DNA of 63,951 nt, filler included, from Octopus bimaculoides (Eukaryota): NCBI RefSeq assembly GCF_001194135.2. It is 6 parts of 6 records of this genome, joined end to end, with 100 filler letters (N's around TTAATTAATTAA, not from the genome) between each part and the next. Parts side by side here need not be neighbours in the genome. Positions count along the whole stretch, not along the records: positions 1 to 21,991 come from NC_069006.1; 5 more parts are not named here. The stretch is one strand, 5' to 3'. The notes under the pieces were generated by a model that worked only from the letters and a program-made list of their open reading frames with translations, was not told the DNA's origin and searched no databases. Made by a program: the position numbers and the translations under genes. Of the stretch, positions 1 through 12,231 are shown one piece after another. Every line of letters starts with the position of its first letter. Within the stretch, counting starts at the first letter, position 1.

Positions 1-39
1 TTTTTTTTGTTTGTTTGTTTTTTTTTTCGTTTGTTTATC

Positions 40-325
40 AAAAATCTCAACAGACTCCAGTGATTTTTCCCCCGTACAATTGGTGAATCACCCGATGTCG
101 CGATTCACTAGAACTTTCCCGCTACAGACACTCAGGACCGGTTTCCTAGTTTCCGTGACGTATATATTAACCCACTGGACGAGAGGCCTATCCATCGCTA
201 GGTTACTCATTTTTGCCAGCAGAGTGGACTGGTGCAACGTGAAATGAAGTATTTTGCTCAAGAACACGAGTTGCCCAGTCCAGGAATCGAAACCACAATC
301 TTACGATCATAAGTCCAACACCCTA
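40..325 (-). mobile_element. tRNA-derived SINE, family C
   Basis: Reverse complement gives a tRNA-like head (AGGGTGTTGGACTTATGATCGTAAGATTGTGGTTTCGATTCC), then GTGTTCTTGAGCAAAATACTT (CORE-like) and the family C body. Homologous to 23121-23420, 41228-41450 and 48200-48390. Confidence 0.8.
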
Positions 326-741
326 CCTTTTCTTTTATAGAATATAATATAGAAAAAAATAAGATATACCAAAAGTAATTATATCGTCGTTGCCCTAGCA
401 TGGCCGCAGCTCTCATTCGAAGGTGGAACATTGCTATTGAGAGAAACGTAACTATGTTGAGAAGTATGGATGTGATCGACAGAGGACCAGCTTCATTTTG
501 ATGTATGATTCATGTTACTGTGTTGGTAATTATACCTGTCCTAAATAAAATGGCATTACTTTTTGACTCACCCTCGTATATATATNNNNNNNNNNNNNNN
601 NNNNNNNNNNNNNNNNNNNNNNNNNNNNNNNNNNNNNNNNNNNNNNNNNNNNNNNNNNNNNNNNNNNNNNNNNNNNNNNNNNNNNNNNNNNNNNNNNNNN
701 NNNNNNNNNNNNNNNNNNNNNNNNNNNNNNNNNNNNNACTT

Positions 742-893
742 TGGGGGAGGGGGCTAGTCTTAATTTATCGACCCCGAAAGGAGGAAAGGCAAAGTCGACC
801 TCGGCGGAATTTGAACTCAGAATGTGAAGACAGACGAAATACCGTTAAGCATTTCGCCCGACGTGCTAACGTTTCTGCCAAGCTCGCTGCCTT
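742..893 (-). mobile_element. tRNA-derived SINE, family B (3' part lost in gap)
   Basis: Matches other B copies: GGCAGCGAGCTTGGCAGAAACGTTAGCACG...GAGTTCAAATTCCGCCGAGGTCGACTTTGCCTTTCC on the minus strand. Confidence 0.85.
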
Positions 894-1167
894 GTGTATA
901 ATAATATCAGTGGCTTAGCATGTGTAAAACAACCCATAGAGGTAAAAAAAAATAATAATAATAATAATCAATGAATAATTAAGGGTACTAACAAGCAGTA
1001 CTGGCATGCTAAATATTGCAGTCAAAATGACCAAACCACATTTTCACTCATACACGCGCGCGCGCACATGCATGCATATATATATATATGTATCCTATAA
1101 TGTGTGTGCACGTGTATATGTATGTACCGTATATAAATGTGGATGTATGAGAGAGTCATGTATTTAC

Positions 1168-1204
<37 letters not shown>

Positions 1205-1692
1205 TGTTTTTATAAACGTATAATTGTGTTAATGTGTACGTGTGTGTATTATATAGGTCACCGGGAGCAAACGTAGATACACATCTATTACGATATCTGA
1301 TGTACTTAAAACAATCAAAAACAATATAAACACAGGTGGAACAGAAAAACTCAGTTCATTGTCGTCTGCCTCAATGAGTATTAAGAGGAGGAGGGGACGT
1401 AGAAATTAAAGAGACACAGACACAGAAGATAGTTGAGGTTAGTTTATATGACACAATAATAAGGACAGTTGATGGGGAGACGGTATAGGTTTACAGGCTA
1501 TGTACTGGGGTAACTATAACAGAAGTATTTCGTTTCTTACTGTGTACTCTATCAGTTCAAATACGCCTTGGCAGACTTTGTTCCATTTACTATATGTATA
1601 AACAAACGTGGTTACATACATACATACATATACCTGTATATATTTAGATACACAAACATACGTTTATATATATATATATATATATATATATC

Positions 1693-1723
<31 letters not shown>

Positions 1724-1774
1724 AGTGTGCACAGACAGACAAATGGATATACATACATCTCTCTATATATATAC

Positions 1775-1813
<39 letters not shown>

Positions 1814-1816
1814 TCT

Positions 1817-2226
1817 AGGCGCAGCTGTGTAGTAAGAAGCTTGCCTCCCAACCACTTGGTTCCGGGTTCAGTCCCACTGCCTGGCACCTTGGGTATGTGT
1901 CTTGTACTATAGCCTCGGGCCGACCAAAGCCTTGTGAGTGGATTTGATAGACGGAGACTGAAAAAAGCCCGTCGTATATATGTATGTGTGTGTGTGTGTG
2001 TGTGTGTGTGCTTGTGTGTCTGTGTTTGTCCACCCCAACATCGCTTGACATGCGATGCTGGTGTGTTTACGCCTCCGTAACTTAGCGGTTCGGCAAAAAG
2101 AGACCGATAGAATAAGTACTAGGCTTACAAAGAATAAGTCCCGGGGTAGCTTTTCTCGACTAAAGGCGGTGCTCCAGCGTGGCCGCAGTCAAATGACTGA
2201 AACAAGTAAAAGAGTAAAGAGAGTAA
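1817..2226 (+). mobile_element. tRNA-derived SINE, family A, full length, internal (TG)n
   Basis: A-box-like GCTGTGTAGTAAG, B-box-like GGTTCAGTCCC, CORE-like GGCACCTTGGG..GTGTCTT, central (TG)n, 3' GAAACAAGTAAAAGAGTAAAGAG. Roughly 20 related full or half copies occur in the window. Confidence 0.9.
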
Positions 2227-2279
2227 GCCAGTACTTCTAACTGATGCCCCTTCAAAATCGCGAACGATTTCAAGTAGCC

Positions 2280-3300
2280 ATATCAATACTATATCAGGTG
2301 AGATATAGGGGCAGGCGCCGTTGTAGCGCGTCGCTGTATCCACTATTTGTCGGTATTTGCTCGGGTCTTTCGGAGCAGTATCTCAGTTCCATCTCCGCGA
2401 GATACTTCCTCATCCGCCGTAACCATGAGGCGTGTGGTCGACCAACACGATACGCAGGATATAACTCGGAAAATCGAGCAACATAACCAAACAATCTGCA
2501 CCGACGCTCCAAATTTATTCAAGTAATAGGATGCATCCCTGTCGTTGGTTGGATACGATATCCGACCAATGGTAACCCACAATCCAGTGAAGCGTCACAG
2601 TACTATATCAATATATACAAAAGCTTCCAGAATGAATATCATTACAGGCACTAGTCCTAGACGCTTTGACAATAGGTCCAGGCCAGATGTGAAATGTAAG
2701 CCCTGTTTCACAAGCTGTCTGATGCCACCACAACCCTGTCGACCACACGAAAAAAATGGCTTAAATGATAAAAAAAAAAAAAATGTATATTCAAAGACTA
2801 CGACCACAGCATTTCTTATTGCATTTATCCACAAACACAACCACCTTGCCATCAGCATTATCATTATGCCGGCTGAATATGGTACATAACTAATCACCAG
2901 TACTCAGCCTCTCTTTACAGCTCTGCCTGAAATCCGTTTCTGCATAAAACTTGACTCAACTCTATTTTGACAGAACGGCTTGGCAATAAATTAAAACTTA
3001 ATACCGAAACAAATCTTTTGTCAAACTGCCTTCCTGCTCAAATGGGTATCTAATCCTCAGATCTCAACTAACATCACAATCATAGTTGTACTTCTAACTT
3101 TACTCACATCATGTTCCCCCCCCCCCAATAACCTCGTTAACCCATTCTAAACCACCCTCCACCAATAACGAACACGACTGCAAACTTACATTGAAATTAT
3201 ATCCATCTTCAACTTTCTACAAATCAAACAAACCGATGCATTACAAACAAACCTTCAATCTCAACGCTTCACATTAAAAAAAAGAAGTTAAGACTGAAAA
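2280..3300 (+). mobile_element. Highly degenerate LINE ORF2 (RT and C-terminal region), L1/Tx1-like
   Basis: Frameshifted remnants in the expected order: VR..G..(C)S-A-S-L-Y (resembles VRQGCPLSALLY) near 2300-2340, TACGCAGGATATAACT (resembles YADDIT with a 2-nt loss) near 2451, SIYTKASRMNII, then AFLLKWV near 3030-3050. Recognised by eye only. Confidence 0.4.
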
Positions 3301-3429
3301 GGCTTTTATTTAACCTTCCTAGCAATAAAAGTAAAAATTTTGCGTTGTTTTCTGAGACATTTACAAAGTACCAGTGTTAGAACACTGTAACATTGGAATG
3401 TAGTTTACGAAAACAAATTCACATTTTAA

Positions 3430-3615
3430 TAGTGAGAAAAGGCTCGCATATTTTACTGTGCTACTTGCAGATTGTAATGTGTGAATTAGCTGGTTGATTT
3501 CTTTTCCTAAAAACCTTAGCTTGTCCAGATTGTCATTTAGGCATTTACTCACAAAACCAATAGCTCCAATGATTATAGATATAAATGTGAATTTATAATT
3601 TATGTCTGTATGCAT
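3430..3615 (-). mobile_element. 3' end of an RLE-type non-LTR retrotransposon ORF
   Basis: YKFTFISIIIGAIGFVSKCLNDNLDKLRFLGKEINQLIHTLQ resembles an RLE C-terminus (PIIIGALG...). It shares LIHTLQ with the copy at 7800-8680. Confidence 0.7.
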
Positions 3616-4034
3616 GTATGTGTATTTATATGTACGTCAGTATGTTTCGATGTATGCGTATATATGTTTGTGGCTATAAATAAAAGTGCGTATATGCTTA
3701 AGCTTGCACATAAGTGTGTATATATATATAGCATGTAGGCATAGATACCATTGTCTGTTTGACTAATGCCAGGATGTCGTTTCTAAGAGGGTTTTTTTCT
3801 TTAGCAAACGAATCCTTGCCCCTTCTTTGGGGATTCTTTGTTGGTGGTGGTGGTGGTGGTGGTGGTGGTAAGAGTCCACTCACCAACAGTGAAAGGGGTA
3901 AAAATGGAGAGAAAAGAAAAAAAATTAACGCGATCGGTCACCAGTGAGTGTTCACAACTTGAATTCCATGATACATGCACACACATCTAAACACGTGTAC
4001 ATACACACATCATAAATATGTGTGTGTACGTGTG

Positions 4035-4084
<50 letters not shown>

Positions 4085-4085
<1 letters not shown>

Positions 4086-4262
4086 TGTACTTGTTTCAGT
4101 TTATTGGACTGAGGCCATGCTGGGGCATCGACCCCAGTACTTATTTTTAAGTCAGCTACTTATTCTATCGGTCTCTTCTGCCAAACTGCGAAATTACGAG
4201 GACATAAACAAACCAACACCGGTTGTCCAGGTGTAATGGGAGTACAAACACACATACATACA
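4085..4262 (-). mobile_element. SINE family A, 3' half with internal deletion
   Basis: Homologous to the 3' half of 1817-2226. Confidence 0.8.
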
Positions 4263-6124
4263 CACTTAATGCATGTATTTACATGGACCAGAGTGCGGAA
4301 TAACGAAACAAAATAAAGAAAAGGGCAATTCCAAGATACCCTAAAATTGCATGTTTTCTTCAAGCAGGTTTAAACAGGGTCCCTTATAAGACTCGTTATG
4401 GTTAGCCGGATAATTAGTTCTATATATGGAATTAGGGGTGTTAGGGTTAGGGTTACAAAGACGGAGAAGGTTAGCACATTTAGGGCAAGAGTAATCGTGG
4501 CTTATAGATAGGTGCACCTAATTTATAACAGTTGGTGTTGATGGTATTTACACGGGGCTTATGATTGCTTACATTACTAGGATCAGCGCTATGATCATCA
4601 ATAGCAGAATTCGCCATGTTATAGGTATTGTTGAATATGGCAGTAGTTAATTAACGCGTTACATTCAAAAGTACATTGAGAGCGCCTTTAGAGATACTGC
4701 ACGCAAGAAAATCATTGTTTACATTCACTACCCCGTAGTCATTGGGGTTAATGCTATTATTGCAAAGGGTACTGGTGGTGTCCGGGCGTTTTGTAAAGCT
4801 ACGGATAAGGTGGTCCAGACCTAGGTAATACTATTAACGTGATTATAGTGGATGCCCAGGGCTTACAAGTAGATGCCTGAGATTACCTCTATTAGAAACG
4901 ACGCTTGACGGAGCCCGAGTTCGGTGTGGTGGAATAGGAAATTTCAATTGTGGACTTATTAAAGACGGTTTAGTACTTATGCTGTTAAAAGACGGGGTGG
5001 TTGTAGATGAAATGCCTTGAACCAGAGCTCTGTTGAATCAGCGTCGACCTGCAGCTAAACAGCAAATCAATGAGGAAGCCCAGACAAGGCCTATAGCCTT
5101 GCTATAAACAGTAACCAAATATCCTTCCCGAAAAGAGACGAGAGGAGTTTTGCATTGAATCATGCAGTCTTAGACACGCACTTCCACGAGCCCAGAAAGA
5201 AGAACGAGATAGTTAGGACAGAAGCGCCATTGATCATAAATCTGTTCGATCTGGAGCTCAACAACAGCAACAAGAACACCAACAACAACGTTATTAACAC
5301 AAGCAAGTGTCATCAGTAATAACATTATCAACAACATCGTCATTATCAAATATCAACAACAACATCACATTACCATCAGCAATAACAACCTTATGAACAA
5401 CATCAGTAACAGAATAACAGCATGAACAACACACCAACAACGACAAGAATAACAACAATAAGGTCGAATACCAGTGAATAACATTTCAAATGAATTCCTT
5501 TCAATGACCAAGGGAAGGGAAGGCTGGTTTCCCTGCCACCGAAACCAAACATTGCATTGTCCACGTTACTTATTTGTCATATATTCAACATACATAGTTT
5601 GGTTACTACTGAAGACTGGGTGGTAGATTAGTTTGGTTTGTGGACATTAATTCCCACCACCACCACCACCACACACACATACATACACACACACACATAC
5701 TCACAAGCACAAAAGTACAGATACACACAAACGTACACACACACACTCTCACGCGTGTGCACGTGTTAAATCTGTACCACAACTCGAGTGGAGCATTTGA
5801 ATTGGGTACAGGTATACTTCAACTTAACATCGTTTCGAGTTACATCTTTTTTTTTTTACTTCACGTGTTATTTTTTGTTTTTTCTTTTTCAAAGAAATTA
5901 ATGGAAAAAGAAACTTCAATTTCAGTCGATTTATCCGACTTAACGCCAGTCACAGCCAACATAAATAAACAGCATAAAAATTTTTAAATAAAAAAAAGAC
6001 ACATAAAAACCAACACTGAAGTGGAAAAATTCAAAAAAATAATTTGTTAGTGTTACGTCGTTTTTCGATTTAAGTCGCTTGCCTTGAAACCAATTACTCA
6101 CGTAATATATACAACCCCCACCTG

Positions 6125-6399
6125 CAAAGCCTTGTCAGTGGATTTGGTAGGTGGAAAGTGACAAACCCCGTCGTATATATGTATACGTCTGTGTTTGTCT
6201 CACCACCACTTGACAATTGGTGTCGGTGTGTTTACGTCCCCGTAACTTAGCAGTTTGGTAGAAAAGACTGATAGAATAAGTACCAGATTTAACAAGAAAT
6301 TTAATTACTGGAGTCGATTCAGTCAACCAAAAGTTTTTCAAGGCGGTGCCCCAGCTTTGCCGTAGTCTAATGACTGAAGCACGTAGAAGACTAAAAGAC
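6125..6399 (+). mobile_element. SINE family A, 5'-truncated
   Basis: CAAAGCCTTGTCAGTGGATTTGGTAG...CCCAGCTTTGCCGTAGTCTAATGACTGAAG matches the family A body. Confidence 0.8.
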
Positions 6400-6465
6400 T
6401 ATAATAATAATAGGTCTGGAGAATCTTAGAGACTTTTACTTCCAATTTTATATATGGAGCTTTAT

Positions 6466-6567
6466 GTGTTTTTGCTCAATAAACATACACAACTCCCATT
6501 TTGGGAATCGAAACCGCGATCCTCCGACCGTGAGCCCGTTGCCCTATCTACTGGGCCATTGCGCCTC
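6466..6567 (-). mobile_element. SINE family D, tRNA-like head
   Basis: Reverse complement GGAGGCGCAATGGCCCAGTAGATAGGGC...GGTTTCGATTCCC (A- and B-box-like), then GTTTATTGAGCAAAAACAC, which matches the start of 7412-7708. Confidence 0.7.
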
Positions 6568-6599
<32 letters not shown>

Positions 6600-7411
6600 N
6601 NNNNNNNNNNNNNNNNNNNNNNNNNNNNNNNNNNNNNNNNNNNNNNNNNNNNNNNNNNNNNNNNNNNNNNNNNNNNNNNNNNNNNNNNNNNNNNNNNNNN
6701 NNNNNNNNNNNNNNNNNNNNNNNNNNNNNNNNNNNNNNNNNNNNNNNNNNNNNNNNNNNNNNNNNNNNNNNNNNNNNNNNNNNNNNNNNNNNNNNNNNNN
6801 NNNNNNNNNNNNNNNNNNNNNNNNNNNNNNNNNNNNNNNNNNNNNNNNNNNNNNNNNNNNNNNNNNNNNNNNNNNNNNNNNNNNNNNNNNNNNNNNNNNN
6901 NNNNNNNNNNNNNNNNNNNNNNNNNNNNNNNNNNNNNNNNNNNNNNNNNNNNNNNNNNNNNNNNNNNNNNNNNNNNNNNNNNNNNNNNNNNNNNNNNNNN
7001 NNNNNNNNNNNNNNNNNNNNNNNNNNNNNNNNNNNNNNNNNNNNNNNNNNNNNNNNNNNNNNNNNNNNNNNNNNNNNNNNNNNNNNNNNNNNNNNNNNNN
7101 NNNNNNNNNNNNNNNNNNNNNNNNNNNNNNNNNNNNNNNNNNNNNNNNNNNNNNNNNNNNNNNNNNNNNNNNNNNNNNNNNNNNNNNNNNNNNNNNNNNN
7201 NNNNNNNNNNNNNNNNNNNNNNNNNNNNNNNNNNNNNNNNNNNNNNNNNNNNNNNNNNNNNNNNNNNNNNNNNNNNNNNNNNNNNNNNNNNNNNNNNNNN
7301 NNNNNNNNNNNNNNNNNNNNNNNNNNNNNNNNNNNNNNNNNNNNNNNNNNNNNNNNNNNNNNNNNNNNNNNNNNNNNNNNNNNNNNNNNNNNNNNNNNNN
7401 NNNNNNNNNNN

Positions 7412-7708
7412 TGAGTGTTTATTGAGCGAAAACACCTAAAGCACCACGAGGCTCCAGCAGGGTATGGTGGCGAACCCTGCTGTACTCTTTCACCACAACT
7501 TTCTCTCACTCTTATTTCCTGCTTCTGTTGTGCCTGTAATTCAAAGGGTCAGCCTTGTCACACTGAATATCCCCGAGAACTACCTTAAGGGTACACGTGT
7601 CTGTGGAGTGCTCAGCCACTTGCACGTTAGTTTCACGAACAGGCTGTTCCGTTGATCGGATCAACTGGAACCCTCGACGTCGTAAGCGATGGAGTGCCAA
7701 CAACAATA
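7412..7708 (+). mobile_element. SINE family D body with a 3' half shared with family C
   Basis: A unique 5' part (GTGTTTATTGAGCGAAAACACCTAAAGC...) is followed by CCTGTAATTCAAAGGGTCAGCCTTGTCACAC...GGAGTGCCAACAAC, homologous to the family C 3' half. Confidence 0.8.
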
Positions 7709-7799
7709 TATACAGAGAAAGTTGGGGAGAGAATGAATTTTGACCGACTACCTGCTTGGTAGCAATGTTGCGAAAGAAAACATCTTGTTTTATTCATCA

Positions 7800-8680
7800 T
7801 TGTTTAAATCTTAAAGGTCTTGCATATTTCAAAAGTCCCAGATATCGTAATCATTTGTAGTGTATGAATTAAAGAATTCGCGTTCCCTCCCCAGGAATAC
7901 AAATTCAACCATACTTTGCTCCATACTTTCCTCCAATAATAAAAGATATGAAGTTGAAAACCTATCTTGAGTAGTGTATTTTCAAACTCCTAATCAATGG
8001 CCCATAAATGTACTCTTGTATGTTTCTAGCCACAGTAGTGTCCAGAAGGCGGCTGATGTCCACAACAGAGCATATCTTTTCCGTGTGGTTTCACACACAA
8101 GTATCTGCCGCTTGAGTTTTAATGTGATGGCTGTTTTAATTTTAAAGTTCTACCAATATTCTTTTGATCCATTGGTCTCAATATAGTCCACTTCGTCGGT
8201 AAGTGTTTTCTTTTTTGTTATCCTGCTTCATGCTGTTTGGTCACCACGTCATTCCCCATGGGAACATAATATCTAGAAGACATTCTCTCGCAGTTGGCAA
8301 TAATGTGGTCGATGTCTTCAGTTTTGGTCTTGCACAGCCCACATCTGTTGTCTGTCAATGTTTTTACTGCGTAAGGCGGTGAGCTGGCAGACTCGTTATC
8401 ACGTCGAGCAAAATGTTTAGCGGTATTTCACCCGTCTTTACGTTCTGAGTTCAAATTCCGCCGAGGTCGACTTTGCTTTTCATCCTTTCGGGGTCGATGA
8501 AATGACTACCAGTTGAGTACTAGGGTTGATGAAATGACTAATCCCCTCCCCCAAGATGTCAGGCTTTGTGCTTTTAATAGAAAGGAATGTTTTAACTACC
8601 TTTTATGCTGTTGGTACTTGGTGGGGTTCTCTTTTTCTTGAATTGCATGGAGGTCACCTTCGAAATGGGATGTCATAAAC
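7800..8680 (-). mobile_element. RLE-type non-LTR retrotransposon, 3' fragment (CCHC knuckle plus endonuclease), split by a SINE
   Basis: Minus strand: FMTSHFEGDLHAIQEKENPTKY (8600-8680), then TDNRCGLCKTKTEDIDHIIANC (zinc knuckle), NHTEKICSVVDIS...YGPLIRSLKI and LIHTLQMITISGTFEICKTF*. Confidence 0.75.
8367..8585 (+). mobile_element. SINE family B (short-tail B2 variant) with 10-bp TSD
   Basis: Full head-to-tail copy flanked by AATGTTTTTA at 8357-8366 and 8586-8595. Confidence 0.9.
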
Positions 8681-8684
8681 TTGT

Positions 8685-8920
8685 ATGTATGTGTGTGTGT
8701 GTGCGTGCGTTCGTTCGTTCGTGCTTGCACGTCACCACCGCTTGACAACCGGTGCTGGATTGTTTACATTCCCCCTTTCCTGTAACTTAACGGGAGACTG
8801 ATAGGATAAGTACCGGGCTTTTAAAAGTCAGTATTGAAGTCGGTTTGTTCAACTAGGCTCTTCGATGCGGCGCCCCAGCATGGCCGCAGTTATAAAACAA
8901 ATAAAACATGTAAGAAAGAT
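8685..8920 (+). mobile_element. SINE family A, 3' half
   Basis: Starts at (TG)n, then CACCACCGCTTGACAACCGGTGCTGG...CCCAGCATGGCCGCAG. Confidence 0.8.
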
Positions 8921-9999
8921 ATAAAAGATAAAATATGAGGAGAAATTGGCGGGATGACCCTGATTAAGTTTTAAATTTAGAGGAGAAAGGAGAGAGTGAC
9001 CCTAATTGGGGTAAAATGAGGTAAGAGTGAGGGGTTGAATATAATGTAAGGTGGGAGGAAGGACTGGTAGCGAGGGCAGTAGAGTACATAGACAATAGAA
9101 AGCTATGTAGACAGATGGAGAGAACGGAGGGATGAAGAGAGAGTTGGTTGAGATAACCTAGTTCTCTATTGAACAGCTTGTCTTTGATGTCTTCTTAACG
9201 GTTCGCTCTCACACTTCTTCCTCTATCTCTGTCTGTCTGTCTCTCTCTCTCTCTCTCCCTTTATGTCTCTTATCTGCATCTCACTTAAGTCCGTCATCGC
9301 TTTCTCCCTATTAGACATTTTTTTCTCTCAGGGAAATCTACAATTATACACAATCTTTCTCACCCCCTCTCTCTCTCTCTCTCTCACACACACACCACGC
9401 ATTTCTCGCCACTTTCACTTTGCCCTCCATATTTTATGTATTTTCACTGTCGCTCTTTCTCTCTCCCTCTCTCTGTATATGTGTGTATGTGCGTAAGTGT
9501 GTATACATACATACATACATACATAAATGAGAGAGAGAGAGAAATACAGATATATTACATATCAAAGAACCATACAACATAAATTCTTGAGTTATTAAAA
9601 TCATCCCCGCTTATAGAAGATATGTCATAATTACCAAATGACAATTAAATCTTGCTCTATATGAGAAGGCGAAATATTCTTTAATAATTGAGGAAAAAGT
9701 CAAGTTTATAGTTTGGAGATAAGAAAACAGTCGTGAGTACGTGTTTCTGGCTCAATAACCCTCACCAATATAACTGGCTAACGAAAATTGTCATGTGCAC
9801 TGCTGTCCTCTTATCTCCAGACAATAAACTTGTCCTTTTCCTTAATTCCTGACACTTGATATTATTTCCTATTTTCAAGCGAAGCTATATTGCCATTTCG
9901 AAGTTAATACGCATCCCCTAGTGGCGGAGATAATTTTAATAAATCGAGGATTTATGTTGTATGGTTTTTGATATACGAGTATTTACCTCTATCATGCAG

Positions 10000-10425
10000 T
10001 TATTTCATACTACGCATTCTTGTCAACATCCTCTGTATTTTCGATTGAGGCATACACTTGCATCATTGTTGCCTTTGAGAATCGGGTATGGAACCGAGTT
10101 GTTATAATTTGGTCACTCATAGCTCTCCAGCCTATCAGTGTTGTTGCAGCCTTGGCGTCAAGTATCGGCCCTACATTGTGAATGTGTTGATCCTTTTGGT
10201 CAGAATACAACATTATCTTCTGCTCACTGCAGATCTTCCCGCTTTCAATCCAGCGCATTTCGCTTAATCCCAGAATATTCGGGCGTTAGTGATCTAATTC
10301 AAGAAGCAGCTTAGCCAATGTTCCACACTAGAATAGAGTTACAAAGTTCCAGGTGGCAATTCGAGTTTTGCTTAGTTGTCAGAGTCAAACTTTTCATTGG
10401 GGTTGGATAACCCCTCGTCCTTGCC
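10000..10425 (-). mobile_element. RTE-clade LINE, 5' fragment (AP-endonuclease domain)
   Basis: KTRIATWNFVTLF*...NILGLSEMRWIESGK...IGWRAMSDQIITTRFHTRFSKATMMQVYA is the N-terminal APE motif series typical of RTE elements. Confidence 0.85.
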
Positions 10426-10439
10426 CCGGTCTCATCATA

Positions 10440-10615
10440 ACTTGGGACACACAAACACATACACATAAGAGTGGATATACATATATATACCGACTCCTTT
10501 GATCAGTCTGAGGCTATAGTAGGAAACACTTGTCCAAGTGCCACTGAGTGGGATTGAACCCAGAACCTTGTGGTTGAGAAGCAAACTTCTTACCACACAG
10601 CCATGCCTGCCCCTA
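10440..10615 (-). mobile_element. SINE family A, 5' half
   Basis: Reverse complement GGCATGGCTGTGTGGTAAGAAGTTTGCTTC...GGGTTCAATCCCACTC. Confidence 0.8.
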
Positions 10616-11167
10616 AGGAATGTTTTGCATAAATGCGCATATGATTATAGATACAAAGAAAAATCTATAACTTGGGCAAAATAGGCGTGTCTCATTAGTT
10701 TGTTCACAGATATCCTCCAATCCTCAAATTCTTGAAAAGACATTCACATCCGTCTGACGGCTGTGTGTGTGTGCATTCAGTCGTTCATGTATCAACAGCC
10801 GCAAATAGTCTTCGAGAGAAATCTAAACAAGGAAACCATTGTGTGACCCAAATGAAGAGAGATTCCAGTTTAAATGATGCTACAAGTGATCTGTTATATT
10901 ATACTCTTGTTCCAGCATTCCATCAAATGACGCCATGTACAAGTAAACACACACATACACACATGCATGCATAACATCGCCCACGTTTTCCTTCCCAATT
11001 GCTCTCATCTCTGATAAACTCTGATGACTTCACATACAGAAAACAATGCGAAAACTGTATAATCTTGAAGACAACACTACTTTCTGCACACAGAACAAGA
11101 TGGAACAAGACTGTTTTCGGCCTAGCGCGGTGGTGATTTATTTATTTATTTTATTATTATTTTTTTT

Positions 11168-11350
11168 CTACTTGCATCAGTAATTAGACTGTGGCCATGC
11201 TGGGGCACTATCTTGAAGAATTTCAGTCGTACGAATCTACCCCCCCAATAATTTTTGTTTTAAGCTTGGTACTCGTTCTGTCGGTCCCTTTTTGCAGAAC
11301 ACACAAATACCGGTTATCAAGCAGTGGTGGGGACAACCACAGACACAAAG
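11168..11350 (-). mobile_element. SINE family A, 3' half, degenerate
   Basis: Homology to the family A 3' half. Confidence 0.7.
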
Positions 11351-12231
11351 ATGAGGCGTTTAAACATGTCAGGAGATAATTCCTTCAATTAAAATTGTTT
11401 GCACATTCTATTTACGATTCCGGCATAACTGACAAAATCTTCGTCCTCTTCTTTTACTGAGTTCAAACACACCCAGCGAGTGTTAAACAGGGAACTCTTA
11501 TTGCTGAACATTTTGGATAGCAATTCAATTGTTTCCTCCAAAACATTTCACTTGTTTTTTTTTTTAGGCAAGGTAAAATTGCAGTACTTTTCATGTTCTG
11601 TAGGACCTAGCTTCTGTAACAGTAGTCTCACTTTTCATTGCCAGTCCAACACTTGTGTTTTTTTTTCTTGAAGATTTCTTCGTATCTTCTTTAGTACGTC
11701 GAAAAAAGTTATACCCTCTTATGGGTTATAACTAAATTCAGTTATAGCATTCGCTACGCCGTCTGACGAAAACGAACTTGCAGTATTTCCCGACTTCAAC
11801 ATCAGTTCCAGCAACTGATTGTGTGCTGCTGTTGCTTTTGCAACTGTAATATACCAGTTAATAGGTCTTCCATAATTAACGAGTTTTTTTTTTTTTTTTG
11901 TCATAAAAAATTGCCAATGACCAACGTAAGCTTCGAATCAACTCGTTGCCATTTTTATAAGGTGGTTTCTGTATATATCACCTTAGTGTTGTGCACTAAT
12001 ACAGTGTGATATATAGTACCACGTAACGGGGTAGACACCAACTGTCTCCACTCGATGTGTTCCCAAATACTCTGCCAACAAATGTAACAAATCCAAAACA
12101 ACTCTCAATGAACTATAACTACTTCTCAACAATTTTTTGCAACACCGCGAACTCACGAACGACACCTTTCGACTTCATGCGATTCCACGAACTCACGAAC
12201 GACACTTTTCGACTTCTTGCGATTTCTCATC

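Noticed and set aside
1817-1890. tRNA genes
   Set aside because: All A/B-box-bearing sequences continue into SINE bodies and lack a complete cloverleaf; they are SINE heads.
4431-4455. Telomere-like TTAGGG units
   Set aside because: Only two or three imperfect units; too short to call an interstitial telomeric site.
10700-11130. Unique-looking stretch that could be a gene 5' region
   Set aside because: No ORF with recognisable homology and no clear splice or promoter signals.
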